Of a stretch of 64,000 bases of DNA, positions 1-13,956 are shown one piece after another. Under the pieces are notes generated by a model. The model searched no databases. It was given only the letters and a program-made list of their open reading frames with translations, and was not told where the DNA came from. The DNA comes from Eledone cirrhosa (lineage: Eukaryota): contig OZ024752.1 in assembly GCA_964016885.1 (NCBI GenBank), positions 14,074,001 through 14,138,000 on the forward strand, read 5' to 3'. How positions within the stretch are numbered: position 1 is the stretch's first letter; each line of letters opens with the position of its first letter. The translations under genes were made by a program, and so were the position numbers.

Positions 1-15
1 TATGCATATATATAT

Positions 16-46
<31 letters not shown>

Positions 47-223
47 CATGCACATATTTATATATACATATACATATATATATATATACATGTATATATT
101 TATATATACATGTATATATATGTGTATATATATATATATATATACACATATATATACATGGATATATATATATATACATGTATATATATATATATATACA
201 CATATATATACATGTATATATAT

Positions 224-278
<55 letters not shown>

Positions 279-293
279 CACATATATATGTAT

Positions 294-358
<65 letters not shown>

Positions 359-404
359 CACATATATATGTATATATAAATGTATATATATACATATGTA
401 TATA
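1..404. repeat. (TA)n compound microsatellite with CA/CATG interruptions
   Basis: Direct reading of the sequence. Confidence 0.98.
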
Positions 405-580
405 TAGAATATAATATGTTGAGAAGGTAACACACCAGAGAGAGATATATAGTGCGTTATCAATAATACAGGGAAAAAACCCACCAGTGTATGGAATCTA
501 TAACCTATGAAAGGCAGACTATAGACACGATAATTAAAAATATAAATTAAAGCGTAAATAAATACCTCTATAACTATATA

Positions 581-659
581 ACACACGTACAAATCCAGAG
601 ATATGTTTCGCCAGAAAATTTGTTGAAAGAAATGTTAGTCTCGGCTCATCAGCGTGTGT
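581..659 (-). ncRNA. Type I hammerhead ribozyme
   Basis: Minus strand reads ACACACG-CTGATGA-GCCGAGA..TCTGGC-GAAA-CATATC(TCTG)GATTTG-TA-CGTGTGT; 7-bp stem I, GUA triplet. Confidence 0.85.
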
Positions 660-1311
660 AAGGCTATACATTTCAGACAACACTAAGAGAATTTTACAAT
701 TGACTGTCCAGCTACACGTGGGAGAGAGAATTCACAGCGTGTTTAAGGGCAGTGAACCAGTGGCCTCTGAGAGACGAACTGCTAGAAAGGGCAGCCCAAA
801 GCCACTCAGAGAAGAGTGCTCAACCAAACAGAGAGGGAAAAGGCTGTTGTTAGGAGCGAAATATCACGATAAATTAACGGAGGCATAGGCCGTCGTTATT
901 CCCTGTAAATAATGTGCTCAAAGGGGAAGAGATCCTGAGCCCTTTAGAATATAATATGTTGAGAAGGTAACACACCAGAGAGAGATATATAGTGCGTTAT
1001 CAATAATACAGGGAAAAAACCACCAGTGTATGGAATCTATAACCTATGAAAGGCAGACTATAGACACGATAATTAAAAATATAAATTAAAGCGTTAATTT
1101 ATCGTGATATTTCGCTCCTAACAACAGCCTTTCCTATCTCTGTTTGGTTGAGCACTCTTCTCTGAGTGGCTTTGGGCTGCCCTTTCTAGCAGTTCGTCTC
1201 TCAGAGGCCACTGGTTCACTGCCCTTAAACACGCTGTGACTTCTCTCTCCCACGTGTAGCTGGACAGTCAATTGTAAAATTCTCTTAGTGTTGTCTGAAA
1301 TGTATAGCCTT

Positions 1312-1390
1312 ACACACGCTGATGAACCGAGACTAACATTTCTTTCAACAAATTTTCTGGCGAAACATATCTCTGGATTTGTACGTGTGT
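1312..1390 (+). ncRNA. Type I hammerhead ribozyme (inverted copy, G10.1>A)
   Basis: Same motif as 581-659 with CTGATGA-ACC instead of CTGATGA-GCC. Confidence 0.75.
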
Positions 1391-1661
1391 TATATAGTTA
1401 TAGAGGTATTTATTTACGCTTTAATTTATATTTTTAATTATCGTGTCTATAGTCTGCCTTTCATAGGTTATAGATTCCATACACTGGTGGTTTTTTCCCT
1501 GTATTATTGATAACGCACTATATATCTCTCTCTGGTGTGTTACCTTCTGAACATATTATATTCTAAAGGGCTCAGGATCTCTTCCCCTTTGAGCACATTA
1601 TTTACAGGGAATAACGACGGCCTATGCCTCCGTTAATTTATCGTGATATGTATATATATAT

Positions 1662-1778
<117 letters not shown>

Positions 1779-1822
1779 TGTATATACATGTATATATATA
1801 CATGTATATATATATATATATA

Positions 1823-2432
1823 TGGTGGCTGCCAACTCGTTTTCGAGTACGGCCACTACTTTATATCCATGTAGGAGAACCCCTACCGATGCGCTGAACG
1901 AATGTGACTTTTTAGTCCAGCCAGCGACTTGAAAACTCTGGTACAAAGGCTACACTTGTGACCATTATTGACACATAGTGCTGGGCCCATGGTACCATGT
2001 GATGACAAGTGTAGAGAGATCTCCAGATATAAAGCAATGCCTGTGCTGTGAAGCTTTTATAGTGAGCAAAGGCACTGCACAAAGCCAGTCCCACTCTCTT
2101 AACCAAGATGATATTTACCAAAAAGAAGAACAAGTCAACATCATTGGATACCATCAGGGTTGCAGGTGTTATATCAGAGTTTTCCTTCTCCTAGAATTCT
2201 GCCTTGACAAAGGCTAAGGGGTCATCTCTCCCAGTGATTTTGGATGGCTATTGACTCTTAAGAGCTCCCTTGCCCTTTGACAGGTTTTGTTTTTAGTCCT
2301 GCAGGATGTCCAAAGTCACCCTCCTCACCAAGAAACCTTGGTGGGGTTGCCAGTTTAGTCGCCAACGACCCGACCATGAGACAGGTTGTACTGGGATACA
2401 TGTTACCAGTAGCACCAACTGGTGACCTGACA
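1823..2432 (-). mobile_element. About 608-bp non-coding interspersed element, probably RTE 5'UTR-derived (Ceph-domain-like)
   Basis: Three similar copies (also 10434-11044, 14438-15047), all flanked by (TA)n. Contains CTAGGAGAAGGAAAACTCTG, recalled from RTE 5' regions. Strand inferred. Confidence 0.6.
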
Positions 2433-2676
2433 TATATATATATATATACATGTATATATATATACACATGTATATATATACATGTATATATATATACATA
2501 TATAGATATAGATGGGTAAATATACACGGGTGTGTATGATTGTGTATAGAAGATTATATTAATAAGAGGAATTCCAACTTTGTCTCATTTACTCGTTTTA
2601 TTTACAATCCTTTAAAATATATATAATGGTATTATAATGAAATAGTATGATAGAATATTAAATTCTAAGTGTTAAT

Positions 2677-2715
2677 TGAACAAGTACTTTCATGCTTTCG
2701 CAATCTTCAGGTTCA
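2677..2715 (-). ncRNA. Minimal type I hammerhead of the PLE A 3'UTR
   Basis: Reverse complement of 6346-6384. Confidence 0.75.
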
Positions 2716-3085
2716 TGATATGTGGTGACAGTCGAGTTTGCAATTTTCAACTGTAATGAGATGGGTAAATTTCCTACCTTTTATACATTTTATACAGAGA
2801 AAAGTGGCTCCAGAATGCAAAGCCCTGTAAACTGTATTTCGACCAATCAGTGTGTAGTTTCACTGAATTACTACAGCTGATTGGTTTAAGCGTCACGGCT
2901 GGTTGAGCATGCTAACGACCAATAGTCATATCCAACGTTTCAATTGTTTTGCTTTTTTTGAAATGATGAAAATAGCATTTTCTATTAATCATCACCATCA
3001 ACATCACTTTTATTATTATTATTATTGTTGTTGTTTTTAGTGGTCGTGGTCATAGTGGTAGTAGAAGTAATACCCCTAGGCGTTA

Positions 3086-3765
3086 TTATTGTTCATTTAG
3101 CTTGGGTTTGAATTTATCAATAAAATTCTTTTCTCTGATTTTTCTCTTGATTTCACTTGGGCTGTGTAATTTGTAGAATGGGAATATTATAAATATTCCC
3201 TGACAACATGTTGCCAGGTGGCCGCTTAGGGGTATCTGACGGACATTTGGGTCTCTGATTTGTTGACGGTGTACCCGTGCACGTTCCGATAGTGCATTTC
3301 CAGTTTGACCGACATATAGTTCTTCACAATTCGGGCATTTAATGCAGTAAATTAGATTTCTGCTTTTGCAGTTCATATTTGCATTTGGGAATATTTTTCC
3401 AGTTTTTGTTTTCATATATTGACCGGCGTGTATGGATTGACATGTGCCGCATCGATTATCATTGCATTTAGATACAGTGAATGATTGGTCATTGTTGTTA
3501 AGGTCAAACTTTGCTTTTGTTAGCAATTGCTTCAAATTGTTTGGCTGTCTTTTACTAAGAGTCAAAGATCGATCTGTGATTAAGCCTTTTAATTCATTAC
3601 TTTAAGCAATGATCGGTAGGTTTGCTTTGGCAGTGTTGAATATATTCTGGTGACATGGGTTGTGTGTCATTATAAATGGTATGACCAGTTCTTGGTTTCT
3701 TCTTCCTTGGGTTGTTCTAAGTTGTTGTATAGGTATTTTTATAGCCCGCTGTATGCCATTTTCTA
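3086..3765 (-). pseudogene. PLE linker and GIY-YIG endonuclease fragment (inverted arm)
   Basis: CNDNRCGTC, NLIYCIKCPNCEELYVGQT, ..KPKLN; one premature stop at about 3602. Confidence 0.9.
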
Positions 3766-5977
3766 AAAGAGATCTTGACAATGATGAAATGCAAATTCTG
3801 TCAAAAGGACTGAAATTCACACCGACTCCAACAGTCAACCATCAAGAACTGAAGGAGGATACCCAAGAATTCTGTCGAAAATTACGTCTTGTAGAATTCT
3901 TCGTTGATAAAAATAATGAGAGTGATGAATCACTAGTAAAGAATAAATCAAATTTCACTCCGCCAAAAGGAAGAAATATCTATCTCGACCAATACATTGA
4001 CATCCTGTCTAAATTTCCTCTTAGACATAATACTAATGTTAGGCCAAACATTAACAAATCAGAAATGTCTGCACTTAAACGTATACAAAATGATAAAACA
4101 ATAATAATTAAACAAGCAGATAAAGGGGGTGCAGTTGTTATAATGGATACTGAATACTACAAGGATTTGGTTGAGGAACAACTGAAAGACACAACATTCT
4201 ATCATGAAATACCGTCAAATATAGACCACAATATCATGAAGAAGATCAACAAGCTGGCTTCAAAATATCACAACTCATTTACTGATAAGGAAAGAGACTA
4301 CATCACCAATTTTGAGCCGAAACCCAGCAACCTGTATGGCCTACCGAAAGTTCACAAGTCAAAAGAAATACAACTGGCAGTAAGAGAACAAAACAGTGAG
4401 TACATTAAATTATTACACCTAAAAGACTTAAAACTTAGACCTATTATAGCTGGTCCAACATGCCCCACTCACCGTCTAAGCAATTTTGTTGACATTATTT
4501 TGAAACCACTATGTATTCACATACCCAGTTTCATCCGGGATGATATCGACTTCCTGTCCCATCTTCCCAAAACCACGGAAACGAATTCACTTCTACTCAG
4601 TTTTGATGTGGTAAGCCTTTACACCAACATTACACATGATTTAGGAATAAAGGCGGTTAAATACTGGGTGGAAAAACAGAGAGAAGTGATTCCCATTAGA
4701 TTCACAGCGCCATTTATATTAGACGCAGTTAAACTTATTCTGGAAAACAACACTTTCTTCGTCAATGGAAAGAATTACATCCAAATTAGAGGCACAGCGA
4801 TGGGAACGAAGTTTGCTCCCGTTTACGCGAACTCTGTAATGGGATACTTAGAACAACAACTCTACCAAGAAATAGAGGAAAAATATAGTACTGATTTTAG
4901 AAAGTACATTGAAAAATCTTGGAAGAGATACCTTGACGACTGTTTCATCATCTGGACAGAATCTCTAGATACTCTGGATGAGTTCAATATCCTCCTGAAT
5001 AACCTACACCCATCTCTCCAATTCACAAAAGAGATGAGTAGGACCAAATTACCATTCCCAGATATAATGATAATCAAAAACGACACCACCATTACCACGG
5101 ATATATATTATAAACACACAGACACCCATCAATATCTGAATTTTAAGTCGTGCCATCCACCTCATACAACATCCCATACTGCCTAGCCAGAAGAATTTGT
5201 ACCATTGTAGAAGATACGAATACCAGGTACAAACGCCTAACAGAACTAAGAGAATTTTTGCTCAAACAAAAATACCCATCTCTACTTATAGAAAATGGCA
5301 TACAGCGGGCTATAAAAATACCTATACAACAACTTAGGAAGAAGAAACCAACAACAAGGAAGAAGAAACCAAGAATTGGTCATACCATTTATAATGACAC
5401 ACAACCCATGTCACCAGAATATATTCAACACTGCCAAAGCAAACCTACCGATCATTGCTCAAAGTAATGAATTAAAAGGCTTAATCACAGATCGATCTTT
5501 GACTCTTAGTAAAAGACAGCCAAACAATTTGAAGCAATTGCTAACAAAAGCAAAGTTTGACCTTAACAACAATGACCAATCATTCACTGTATCTAAATGC
5601 AATGATAATCGATGCGGCACATGTCAATCCATACACGCCGGTCAATATATGAAAACAAAAACTGGAAAAATATTCCCAAATGCAAATATGAACTGCAAAA
5701 GCAGAAATCTAATTTACTGCATTAAATGCCCGAATTGTGAAGAACTATATGTCGGTCAAACTGGAAATGCACTATCGGAACGTGCACGGGTACACCGTCA
5801 ACAAATCAGAGACCCAAATGTCCGTCAGATACCTCTAAGCGGCCACCTGGCAACATGTTGTCAGGGAATATTTATAATATTCCTATTCTACAAATTACAC
5901 AGCCAAGTGAAATCAAGAGAAAAATCAAAGAAAAGAATTTTATTGGTAAATTCAAACCCAAGCTAAATGAACAATAA
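3762..5977 (+). pseudogene. PLE reverse transcriptase plus GIY-YIG, frameshifted
   Basis: ADKG, YGLPKVHK, RPII, FDVVSLYTNI, GTAMG, RYLDD, IYCIKC..YVG. Versus other copies: 7-nt deletion near 5168, +10 nt near 5340, 1-nt deletion near 5903. Confidence 0.93.
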
Positions 5978-6137
5978 TAACGCCTAGGGGTATTACTACT
6001 ACTACCACTATGACCACGACCACTAAAAACAACAACAATAATAATAATAATAAAAGTGATGTTGATGGTGATGATTAATAGAAAATGCTATTTTCATCAT
6101 TTCAAAAAGCAAAACAATTGATACGTTGGGTATGACT

Positions 6138-6282
6138 ATTGGTCGTTAGCATGCTCAACCAGCCGTGACGCTTAAACCAATCAGCTGTAGTAATTCAGTG
6201 AAACTACACACTGATTGGTCGAAATACAGTTTACAGGGCTTTGCATTCTGGAGCCACTTTTCTCTGTATAAAATGTATAAAA
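6138..6282 (+). promoter_or_regulatory. Candidate pLTR promoter (CCAAT boxes plus TATA) upstream of the HHR
   Basis: ATTGG at 6138 and 6214, CCAAT at 6177, TATAAAA at 6267 and 6276; motif match only. Confidence 0.35.
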
Positions 6283-6345
6283 GGTAGGAAATTTACCCAT
6301 CTCATTACAGTTGAAAATTGCAAACTCGACTGTCACCACATATCA

Positions 6346-6384
6346 TGAACCTGAAGATTGCGAAAGCATGAAAGTACTTGTTCA
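6346..6384 (+). ncRNA. Minimal type I hammerhead of the PLE A 3'UTR
   Basis: TGAAC-CTGAAGA-T TGC GAAA GCA T-GAAA-GTAC-TT-GTTCA; palindromic AAGTACTT stem III. Confidence 0.75.
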
Positions 6385-6545
6385 ATTAACACTTAGAATT
6401 TAATATTCTATCATACTATTTCATTATAATACCATTATATATATTTTAAAGGATTGTAAATAAAACGAGTAAATGAGACAAAGTTGGAATTCCTCTTATT
6501 AATATATAATATAATCTTCTATATATATACATGTATATATATATG

Positions 6546-6578
<33 letters not shown>

Positions 6579-6627
6579 GTACATATATATATACATGTAT
6601 ATATATATGTATATATATATATCTATG

Positions 6628-6664
<37 letters not shown>

Positions 6665-6707
6665 GTACATATATATACGTATATATATGTGTATATATAT
6701 ATACATG

Positions 6708-6740
<33 letters not shown>

Positions 6741-6746
<6 letters not shown>

Positions 6747-7010
6747 ATACATTGGGAGGGTCATGTTGCCAACATGAAACACATGCACCATTTGCTCTCA
6801 CTTCAATTTATTTTAATAACCAACCGGAAATTCATAAATTAACCAACCGGAAATTTATAAATTCCTAAATTTATAAATTTATTATAATAAATTGAAGTGA
6901 AACAACTGGTGCGTCTGTTTCTTATTGGCAACATGACCCTCCTAAAGTATAGCAATATCGGTTTCAACACACGTTTTCAAATAAAGAATGCTGCTAAACA
7001 AATTCAGAAA
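6741..7010. mobile_element. Diverged fold-back of a terminus related to the PLE family B 3' end
   Basis: 6741-6812 is inverted against about 6885-6957; ATGACCCTCC..AAGTATAACAAT is shared with 9960, 53680, 60875 and 61865. Confidence 0.6.
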
Positions 7011-7929
7011 CGAAATACATATATATAGATATAGAAGAAATTAAAAGATGGTTAAAAAGTTCCATATCTATATATTAATTTGAACAATGTCAGTATTCCG
7101 TGTGTCATAATTCTCGATTATCATTGGTTCATGGGTTTCAAACGACTCCGCCCACCTCAACGACGCCAAACTTAAATTAATATGCATGATGCCAATGAGG
7201 GAGTGAGAGGGGAGAGAGAGGAAAAGTGAACGCTGTGTTTGGATACACTATGTATATGTGTCAGTGTATATGTGTGGAAATAAGAGTGGAAGGAAAGCAA
7301 TAACTATTAACATGTGTGCGTCTGTATGTACGTGATTGTATGTTTATGTGTGTGTGCGTGCGTGCAGCGTTCCACAGAAAGTAAAAACTTGTGTGTAAGT
7401 TTGCGTGCGTGTGCGCGTTTCCATGCGTGTATGTGTGTGTACGTGCAGCATCCCACAATCGCCACGCAGTTTATATGTCTGTGTGCCTATCTGTCAGTCT
7501 AACATACACAGTGTTGTGAAGGGAGTAAATAGAGACTTTTTTTTACATTGACAGACATCTTTTATATTAATTATCTATATCTATATCTACATATAATATA
7601 AAAGATTGGAACTTCCACCATCCTTTTGAGAAACGTGGAACAACCACATCTATGCAATGATACAGGTTTTACAGTCAGGCAGAAGATGAACCATCTCCTA
7701 GAGGTCACTATTCTAGGTGGGAGCACCTAGAATTGTTCATATACTATACACAAACCGTACAACGAAGAAGCTGGTATATCAGGAAGATTTTTTTACTGTT
7801 TTTTTTTGTATCACACAGACACCACGGACTCGCCTTATACTGTAACCAGACAAACATCCAATACAGTCATTTTCTCTTTTACCTGTCTTCTCTTATCATC
7901 TGTTTATCTGGGCGAAGCTGAGTACGTCA

Positions 7930-9369
7930 GCTAGTATTTTATTATGTATGTTGTTGTCATGTTTCTGCAAGTGCCCTCTGTAGATCTAATGATATAGACT
8001 ACGTTTCTAGTTTTACAGTTTATCAGGGGGTTTACTCTACATATGATACATTTCCTATTAGTACAGTGGGTTTTCTTAAAAGGGTAGGCTTTGCTGATCA
8101 GGGATTTTATGGTGGTTCCTGGCTTTTCTACCAACTTAATCTTTAAGTGGGTCTTTCTCAGGGCCTTTCTACACTGGTTAGCTAATTTCCCTCCAGGGGT
8201 AGCGTCCACAAACATGACACTCTGGTATCTCTGGTTGTCGTACCATGAGGTGGCTTTCCCTAAAGTATGTCTAGTCCTATCTAAGCTATTCCATAATTTG
8301 CTCCTGTATAATGGGCAAATTCCTTTCATGTCCTGTTCTATGAGGGGCTTATACTTCTCCGTGGCTCATTCGTATACTCTGATTATGTCTCTTTGGTTGT
8401 AGCCAGAGAACTGAATGCGGTTGATGAAGTGTTGGATGTGTCTTTCCATTTCTGTTGGGTCGTACTTGGGGGACACGTTCTTCATCACTCGTACCAAATT
8501 TGCGATCAGAATATTAAACTTAACACTACTGGACATTGCTGAGTTTTTAAGTATCAGGTATTTGGAGGCCATGGGTTTAGCATAGTGTGAGTGGAGAATT
8601 TGGGCTCTCTCGTGTATAGCGTTAATCCAGAGTTCCGTGTCTAATACAGGTAGTCTATTGTTAGGGTGTTTGGAAGGGTAGTCGATAGTTACAGTTATAC
8701 TCTGGTGTATGGAATCAGCTATCTGCTGGATGCTTTCCATTGAGCTACGTTCTAAATCAAACTTGTTAGTGCTCTCTTGTTGGGATGTCCTTATTATTAT
8801 ATTGATGTCGTCTACGTAACGAGAGTACATGATGAGGTCTATGGAGCTCTCATCAAGGAGATATTTGAGTCTCCTTTCCCACCACACCATAAAAAGGTTG
8901 GCAACGTCACCAGCTAAGCTGACGCCAATAGCTGCTCCCTCATTTTGGGTGTAGATCTTCTCGTTGAACTTGAATATGTGGCCCTTTAGGGTAGTTTTGA
9001 TACTAGCCCCTATTGCATGTACGACCATTTTTCTTACCTGATCATTGTTTTTGGGGGTTCGTATAGCTTTGGTCCACCCAATCCACTTTCCCTGGGAGTC
9101 TTTTTTGCCATTGAGGTTATGGTGGGGGGTCAACTCCTTATGGGTCTACTGGGGCAGAAACGTCTAAGGTCATGGCTGTCTAGGTAGTCAGTGCCGTAGG
9201 TAAGTCTAAGTAGGAGTCCCAGTTCGTCTTTGTCGACGTCGCAGAACACCACCTCACTCTCAATGATCATCTCCACACATTTTTCCACAGCAAAATCAGT
9301 GTTAATCGATGGGTACAGTGATACCACATCCATACTGCCTATTATGCAGGTGGATAGGTTCCTGTTAGA
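7930..9369 (-). pseudogene. PLE family B RT-thumb-linker and start of GIY-YIG, decayed
   Basis: GSMDVVSLYPSI, GAAIGVSLAGDVANLFM, YSRYVDD, CTNRKCIIC, NVVYII; TGA stops at 9130 and 8366 and a frameshift. Confidence 0.85.
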
Positions 9370-10025
9370 ATAATATCTAAACATAGAAATGAACCAGCAG
9401 ATAGGCAAATTATAGAGGCCAGCGAAATAGAACTTAGAAGTCCAAGGCTAAACAGAAATAATGAATGGAATAACAGCAAACAACACTGACCTAAGAGAGG
9501 TATAAATAAATAAATAAATAAAATATATACACAAGCACAATAACAACAAACACATATAAACACACACTAGTAAACTAAGATAGAATACCTTAACCAATAC
9601 ACAGTCACCCAAACAAGAACACACATCAAACAAAACACTATACACACACGCAAACGCATGCGCAGAGAAGGCAAATAAATAAATAAACAGACTAAATAAA
9701 GATGGCGTAAGCATACAATGCAACGGGAGGAAACAATAGCAACACTGACGATGTTGCAGGTGTGCAACGAAAGAATTTGATAGACTATATATATGTGTTT
9801 GTGTCTATATTGTATATATATTTTTGAGTCTTGGTCAGTCAATGGGAACATTGAGGAACGAATAAATTAATTTAACCTATATAAAAGAACACAGAAACGA
9901 AAACCAACCAAACAGTGAGTGTGTTCTGTTATTAATTCTGAAAATATTATTACCCAAATATGACCCCCCACAAGTATAACAATATTTGTTTCAACACACG
10001 ATTTCATATAAAAAACCTCGCAAAA

Positions 10026-10028
<3 letters not shown>
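9370..10028 (+). mobile_element. PLE 3' end (GIY-YIG C-terminus, 3'UTR, degenerate HHR) inverted against the family B body
   Basis: 9370-9489 translates IISKHRNEPADRQIIEASEIELRSPRLNRNNEWNNSKQH*; CTGACGA..GAAA at 9745-9772; ends in (TA)n. Confidence 0.75.
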
Positions 10029-10100
<72 letters not shown>

Positions 10101-10283
10101 GTATATATATATCTCTGTATATATATATCTATATATCTATATATATATGTATATACATATATATATATATGTATATATATGTATATAAATATGTATATAT
10201 ATATGTATATGTATATATATATATGTATATATATATATATGTATATATATATATGTATATATATATATGTATATATATATATG

Positions 10284-10334
<51 letters not shown>

Positions 10335-10433
10335 ATATATATATGTGTATATATATATATGTGTATATATATATGTGTATATATATATATGTGTATATAT
10401 ATATGTGTATGTATATATGTATATATATATTTG

Positions 10434-11044
10434 TGTCAGGTCACCAGTTGGTGCTACTGGTAACATGTATCCCAGTACAACCTGTCTCATGGTCGGGTCG
10501 TTAAGCGACTAAACTGGCAACCCCACCAAGGTTTCTTGGTGAGGAGGGTGACTTTGGACATCCTGCAGGACTAAAAACAAAACCTGTCAAAGGGCAAAGG
10601 AGCTCTTAAGAGTCAATGGTCATCCAAAATCACCGGGAGAGATGAACCCTTAGCCTTTGTCAAGGCAGAATTCTAGGAGAAGGAAAACTCTGATATAACA
10701 CCTGCAACCCTGATGGTATCCAATGATGTTGACTTGTTCTTCTTTTTGGTAAATATCATCTTGGTTAAGTGAGTGGGACTGGCTTTGTGCAGTGCCTTTG
10801 CTCACTATAAAAGCTTCACGGCACAGGCATTGCTTTATATCTGGAGATCTTTCTGCACTTGTCGTTACATGATACCATGGGCCCAGCACTATGTGTCAAT
10901 AATTGTCACAGGTGTAGTGTTTGTACCAGAGTTTTCAAGTCGCTGGCTGGACTAACAAGTCATATTCGTTCAGCGCATCGGTAGGGGTTCTCCTAGATGG
11001 ATATAAAGTATTGGCCGTACTCGAAAACGAGTTGGCAGCCACCA
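10434..11044 (+). mobile_element. About 608-bp RTE-related non-coding element, copy 2
   Basis: Reverse complement of 1823-2432. Confidence 0.65.
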
Positions 11045-11117
11045 TATATATATGTGTATATATATATATATGTATATATATATAAATATATATATATGTG
11101 TATATATATATGTGTAT

Positions 11118-11150
<33 letters not shown>

Positions 11151-11185
11151 GTGTGTATATATATATGTGTATATATATATATGTG

Positions 11186-11216
<31 letters not shown>

Positions 11217-11247
11217 GTGTATATATATATATATATGTGTATATATG

Positions 11248-11278
<31 letters not shown>

Positions 11279-12095
11279 GTATATGTATATATGTATATAT
11301 GTATATATATATATGTATATATATATATGTATATATATATATGTTTGTATATATATGTTAGTATATATATATATGTATATATATACATATATGTGTATAT
11401 ATATATATGTATATGTATATATATATGTATATATATATATATATGTACATATGTATATGTATATATGTATATATATATGTATATGTATATATATGTATAT
11501 ATATGTATATATATGTATATATATAAATGTATATGTATATATGTATGTATAAATGTATGTATATATATATATATATGTGTATATATATATGTATGTATAT
11601 ATATATGTATGTAAATATGTATATATATATATGTATATATATATGTATATGTATGTATATATGTATATGTATGTATATATGTATATATGTATATATATAT
11701 ATATATGTATGTAAATATGCATATATATATATGTATGTGTATATATATATGTATGTATATATATATGTATGTAAATATGTATATATATATATATATATGT
11801 GTATATATATATGTATGTATATATACATGTATGTATATATATATGTATGTATATATATATGTATATGTATATATATATATATGTATATATATGTATATAT
11901 ATGTATATATATGTATATATATATGTATATATATGTATATATATGTATGTATATATATATGTATATATATGTATATATATATGTATATATATGTATATAT
12001 ATGTATATATATATATGTATATATATGTATATATATGTATATATATGTATATATATATATATATATGTATATATATGTATATATATATATGTATA

Positions 12096-12126
<31 letters not shown>

Positions 12127-12295
12127 GTACTTATACGTATATATATATGTATATGTATATATAAATATATGTATATATACGTATATGTATATGTATATAT
12201 ATATACGTATATATATGTATATATATTAATATGTATATATATATATGTATATATATTAATATGTATATATATATATATATATATTAATATTATTA

Positions 12296-12341
<46 letters not shown>

Positions 12342-12394
12342 TTATATATATATATATGTATATATATGTATATATATTTATATATATATATATG

Positions 12395-12425
<31 letters not shown>

Positions 12426-12634
12426 ATATATATTTATATATATACATATTTATGTGTATATATATATATATACATATATATGTATATATATGTATATATA
12501 TGTAGATATATATATATATATGTATATATATATATGTAGATATATGTATATATATATATATGTATATATATGTATATATATATATGTATATATATGTATA
12601 TATATGTATATATATGTATATATATGTATATATA

Positions 12635-12665
<31 letters not shown>

Positions 12666-12768
12666 GTATATATATGTATATATATATATATGTATATATA
12701 TGTATATATATATATATACATATATATGTATATATATGTATATATATACATATATATGTATATATATG

Positions 12769-12823
<55 letters not shown>

Positions 12824-12902
12824 GTATATATATGTATATATATGTATATATATATATATGTGTATATATATATATATATATATACATATATATGTATATA
12901 TA

Positions 12903-12933
<31 letters not shown>
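11045..12933. repeat. Giant (TA)n/(TATG) compound microsatellite
   Basis: Direct reading; similar tracts at 10029-10432, 13372-14434, 15047-15601, 16161-16587. Confidence 0.98.
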
Positions 12934-13371
12934 TAACTGCATGATGTGGAAAATGTTCCATCATCACTGCCCAAATGATGTTGGCATCGCCTTCAAGATA
13001 CACCCAAGGCTTGGGCCCCGTGCTATCCGTCCCATTCAAAAATCTAAATCGCAACTCATAACAACAATACGGTACAATTATTTCACCTCAATCGGCCCTG
13101 CTCTCTTCGACATCACACCAGGACACGTCAAAACAGAAAGTGACCACACAAAATTCAAGAAGACTTTGCACAAATTCCTCCAAGTAATCCCGGACAAACC
13201 ACCCACACCCGGATATGTCTCCGCAAACAGTAATTCTCTTCTCGAATGGGCCATGGTGCCCAAATCCTGAATTGAAAGACTTCGCCAGGTGGTGCTATTA
13301 AGTTAGACATGGCCTGGGCCAATACTGGCCAAAACATTTCAAAGTTATTCAAAGTTAGTTATTCAAAGTTA
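12934..13371 (+). mobile_element. 3' fragment of a CR1/L2-group LINE
   Basis: [37 protein letters not shown]-terminal pattern; short-repeat tail TTCAAAGTTA x3. Confidence 0.7.
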
Positions 13372-13563
13372 TGTATATATATGTATATATATATATATAT
13401 GTATATATATATGTGTTTATATATATACATATATATGTATATATATGTATATATATATATGTATATATATGTATATATATATATACATATATATGTATAT
13501 ATATGTATATATATATATACATATATATGTATATATATGTATATATATATATACATATATATG

Positions 13564-13594
<31 letters not shown>

Positions 13595-13615
13595 GTATAT
13601 ATATGTATATATATG

Positions 13616-13652
<37 letters not shown>

Positions 13653-13653
13653 G

Positions 13654-13684
<31 letters not shown>

Positions 13685-13919
13685 GTATATATATGTATAT
13701 ATATATATATGTATGTATATATATGTATATATATATATGTATGTATATATATGTATATATATATATGTATGTATATATATGTATATATATATATGTATAT
13801 ATATGTATATATATATATGTATATATATGTATATATATGTATATATATGTATATATATATATGTATATATATGTATATATATATATGTATATATATGTAT
13901 ATATATATGTATATATATG

Positions 13920-13956
<37 letters not shown>

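Larger units (their letters stand above)
405..1649. mobile_element. Non-autonomous HHR-bearing element (540-bp unit), tandem plus inverted, PLE pLTR/retrozyme-like
   Basis: TAGAATATAATATG at 405 recurs at 945 (period 540). From 1092 the sequence is the reverse complement of the unit in circular permutation. CGT microhomology at the junction; both ends in (TA)n. Confidence 0.85.
2500..6520. mobile_element. Penelope-like element family A (Neptune-like), 5'-truncated fold-back copy
   Basis: Minus arm 2500-3765 (EN plus 3'UTR) joined through TCTA microhomology (3762-3765) to plus arm 3762-6520 (RT, EN, 3'UTR); (TA)n on both sides. Confidence 0.93.

Noticed and set aside
3660-3765. Hydrophobic N-terminus on the 508-aa RT ORF
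   Set aside because: It is antisense sequence of the inverted arm fused at the fold-back junction
8366-9132. In-frame TGA codons as selenocysteine
   Set aside because: Not at Cys positions (9130 fits CGA>TGA in RxRPPTI), the copy is also frameshifted, and no SECIS was recognised
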